DNA of 63,603 nucleotides, filler included, from Reclinomonas americana ATCC 50394 (lineage: Eukaryota): the NCBI GenBank assembly GCA_048213135.1. It is 12 parts of 9 records of this genome, joined end to end, with 100 filler letters (N's around TTAATTAATTAA, not from the genome) between each part and the next. Parts side by side here need not be neighbours in the genome. Positions count along the whole stretch, not along the records: positions 62,513 to 63,603 come from PS016047.1; 11 more parts are not named here. One strand, 5' to 3'. Positions 63,490 to 63,603 of the stretch are shown piece after piece. Position 1 is the first letter of the stretch. Each line of letters opens with the position of its first letter. A program made the position numbers and the translations under genes. A model generated the notes under the pieces. The model searched no databases. It was given only the letters and a program-made list of their open reading frames with translations, and had not been told where the DNA came from.

Positions 63490-63603
63490 AAGAGAAGAGA
63501 AGAGAAGAGAAAGCGCGCGGATAGGTGACGACTCAGGTGCGCCTAGGCGCCGTCGTGAGTGATCAATCACAACTCAATGCACCAGTGTGCGATCAAAGTG
63601 CAA

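Overview
Eukaryotic DNA from an intron-dense, microsatellite-rich, flagellated protist (PACRG is present). It is a scaffold of contigs joined by N-runs and artificial N-TTAATTAATTAA-N spacers. All gene models below were spliced by hand, so exon boundaries are inferences. In order, the window holds: three tandem WD40 cassettes (-); a >21 kb polycystin-1-like receptor gene (signal peptide, cadherin-like, 2x FN3/NHL, IPT-like, REJ, GPS, TM); an apparently complete 12,176-bp CMC/CACTA-superfamily DNA transposon (CACAG termini, 12-bp TIRs, GAT target duplication) with an intact DDE transposase and a convergent orphan gene; a purine-rich satellite region; fragments of NHL/FN3/IPT surface-protein genes; a neurobeachin/LRBA-like BEACH gene; PACRG head-to-head with a coiled-coil gene; a PH-TKL kinase gene; and a 2H phosphoesterase. 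The most unusual signal is in splicing. Roughly a fifth of the introns I could reconstruct in the largest gene, and introns in five other genes, use a 5' splice site whose consensus is displaced by one base (GT-T-GCGT, GT-T-GAG, GT-T-TCGT instead of GTGCGT/GTGAGT/GTTCGT). This class is known as a rare exception in mammals.
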